Position numbers and translations under genes: made by a program
The notes under the pieces: model-generated
Databases searched by the model: none
What the model was told of the DNA's origin: nothing
The model's input: only the letters and a program-made list of their open reading frames with translations
Shown: piece after piece, positions 61,755 through 64,000 of the stretch
How the letters are laid out: each line of letters begins with the position of its first letter
Numbering within the stretch: position 1 is the stretch's first letter
Assembly (NCBI GenBank): GCA_964187785.1
Contig: OZ076409.1
Coordinates: 85,562,001-85,626,000 of the forward strand
Length of the DNA: 64,000 nt
Origin: Amphiscolops sp. MND2022
Lineage: Eukaryota
Direction of reading: 5' to 3'

Positions 61755-64000
61755 ACAAAACGCTGAAAACCGATGTTAAACGCTCTGAATTTTTGACACT
61801 TTTCCGCTCATCTCAGGGTTCAAAATCAAAAAGTGTTTAAGTATGAAAAAGCTGAATATTTTGTCGCTGATTTCAGTGGGTATTGAAAAACGTACAACAA
61901 AACACCTCACAAACGTACGAAAAGATCAAATACTGATATGAAAATCTTTAGCAGACCAGCGAACTGACATTTCCATAAATGCTTTAATTACTACTTTTCT
62001 CACTTCAGTTTGTTTTCGTGCGACTTGGTCTAGTGGATGAGCGAGTGGCTGTGAAGTGAGTTTGTTCGAAACCACGCATGGACTTTCTTGATTTTCGCAA
62101 AAGTAAAGGAAACTTGGGCTTTGTATTTTTGGGCCTTGCACATTTTTCGAAAAAATTTGGATGCCCCAAAAATTGACCAAAGGAAAGTGTTTTGTGAGCC
62201 TTTTCTGTTTTTCAGCTTTATGAGACTTTTTTCCAAGAAAAAGATTCGATTTTTTTAAAAATTGGGTTTTTGATGTTTAGAGATAGGGCAGAATTGGTTT
62301 TCGAATCCTGAGGGCACTCCTCTGAGCATTTTTGGCACTGTAAGTTTGGTTTAAAAAATTCCATCTCTTGAGTAAAGAACAATAATTGTATTTTTCGTAG
62401 TTTTGAGTTGATCTGGTGAAAGAAAAAAAAATTGAGACAAAATTTTCATTACTGTTCAACGCCTCGCCACGAACAACTTTTAAATTACCCACCCCTCATA
62501 GCAGCTAGATCAGGCACTTCTACTGACATGGCGTCAACGAATGTCTATCTACTCGTTAATTGTTTGCTGGCAGCTTTAGTTGCAATAAAATAAAATGACG
62601 AAGGTTCTTAAATTCAAGTAAGAATGCTTTCTTGTACCAAATTACTTGTTAGTATACTTTTAAAAAATATATCAAAAATCGATATCATTTCGAGAAATAT
62701 GTTTGAAAAGGAATGAGTTTTTTCACCAATTTCTACCGAAGGACCATTAATGGCCACCGCCGAGAAAAGTTTTAGAAACGGAAAAGTTGTTTCCACCGGT
62801 AGCTTTCGGTGGTCTTTCAGTGGATGGATTTGTAGTGTCAATACAGGTTTGCTTGGATCTCGAGAATCCTCTACTAAGTTGGCAATGATGAGACTTTATC
62901 AATCACCTGATAGACAAATATTGAATTACTGTGGCCTTGTTTTTCACGTGGAATACCTAAATGTGACTGAAAATGACTGTGAATTCAATAAGACTTTTGA
63001 AACTTTCCGTTACAAGAATGTAAAATTGCATTAAAGTACCAAATCTTGTTTTTTTTGTGCGGCCTCTTTCGTGTATCAGAAACTCATAACACGTTGTTGC
63101 TAATTTCCTTAATTGTGAATATGTTTTTTGTGCATTAGCGTGTGTACTGGGACAATATCTCGAGTGCAGCAACTTTTGTGTTCAGGTCGAAAGTTGATTA
63201 CCAATTTCCTGTGAAATGTACTGAGAAGGAAAATTTGAACATTGAGGAAATTTTCCTGACTTATTTTTTCCTGTCTCGAAGGGAGGCCGAGCTGAACATT
63301 GTGTGAAATAAATGTGTGGGAAGTTTTGGGAAAGTAGAAAGTATTGATTTCTCGTGCGGAAACCGCAACACATCAGAAGTCAAGAAAATTCGGTTTCCTT
63401 TTTTCTATTTTGTGGGACGCCTTACAGACGTTTCCTAACATGACTGCATGACTGAGGCAACCAGAATACGAAACGACTAACAAACTTTGTGAAAATCTTC
63501 CCAGCTTTCACCAGCAAAGGATATTCATGTCCAAGCGCATAAGACACCCAACAGTCATCATTGATGGCACAGCCCTTATTCCAATTCCTAAACTAATAAA
63601 ACCACGTCTTTATTTCAGTGACTACGAAGGTTGCACGATATCGGGATCCCTTGAAACTAATAGAAAACAAATTCGTATTAAGTGCTCAGTCAAACCATGT
63701 ACCGACTGGAAAAGGAAGTGACTCATCCATCGACTCATCCGATTCAACATAAACAACAACAAGAGATATGACTACCCTGACTGGTTACTCGAAACTCCAA
63801 CACTTTTTCCGACGCCCTCGTCAACGTAGCACCATACCCGAAACCTACATTCAATACTCCGACTACTATTGTGACTACAACACCGACACGTACGATCAGG
63901 ACAAGCTTATGTTTAAACAAACTAACGACGTACCGTTGCACAACTTTATCAAACAGCTAACAAACGGGCATTATTCCTCGTGGACGCAGGAGCTTTAGTC

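Noticed and set aside
63527..63998. Short + strand ORFs at the window end
   Set aside because: No recognisable domain, and they cannot be evaluated without downstream sequence

Overview
AT-rich, intron-containing, repeat-dense animal genomic DNA with a 200-N scaffold gap at 10793-10992. The repeat landscape looks to me like an acoel-type invertebrate, which is an unverified impression. Bases 1-22.5 kb are mostly transposon debris: a BEL/Pao relic, a 4.75-kb non-coding LTR element, three LINEs (two nested) and MITEs. Bases 23-41 kb hold four co-oriented + strand genes: a 5-exon Rab18, an intronless DNAJB12/14-type J-protein, an intronless conserved protein of unknown function and a 6-exon MINDY3 deubiquitinase. 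They are interspersed with an abundant Helentron/HINE-like repeat. The most unusual signal is at 42-62 kb: three intronless Rab1/Rab8-like genes (two intact, one pseudogene) whose GTP-binding motifs are degraded while the switch/effector surfaces and a CaaL prenylation box are kept. This is a candidate lineage-specific pseudo-GTPase family. No prokaryotic features, CRISPR array, rRNA or convincing tRNA were seen.
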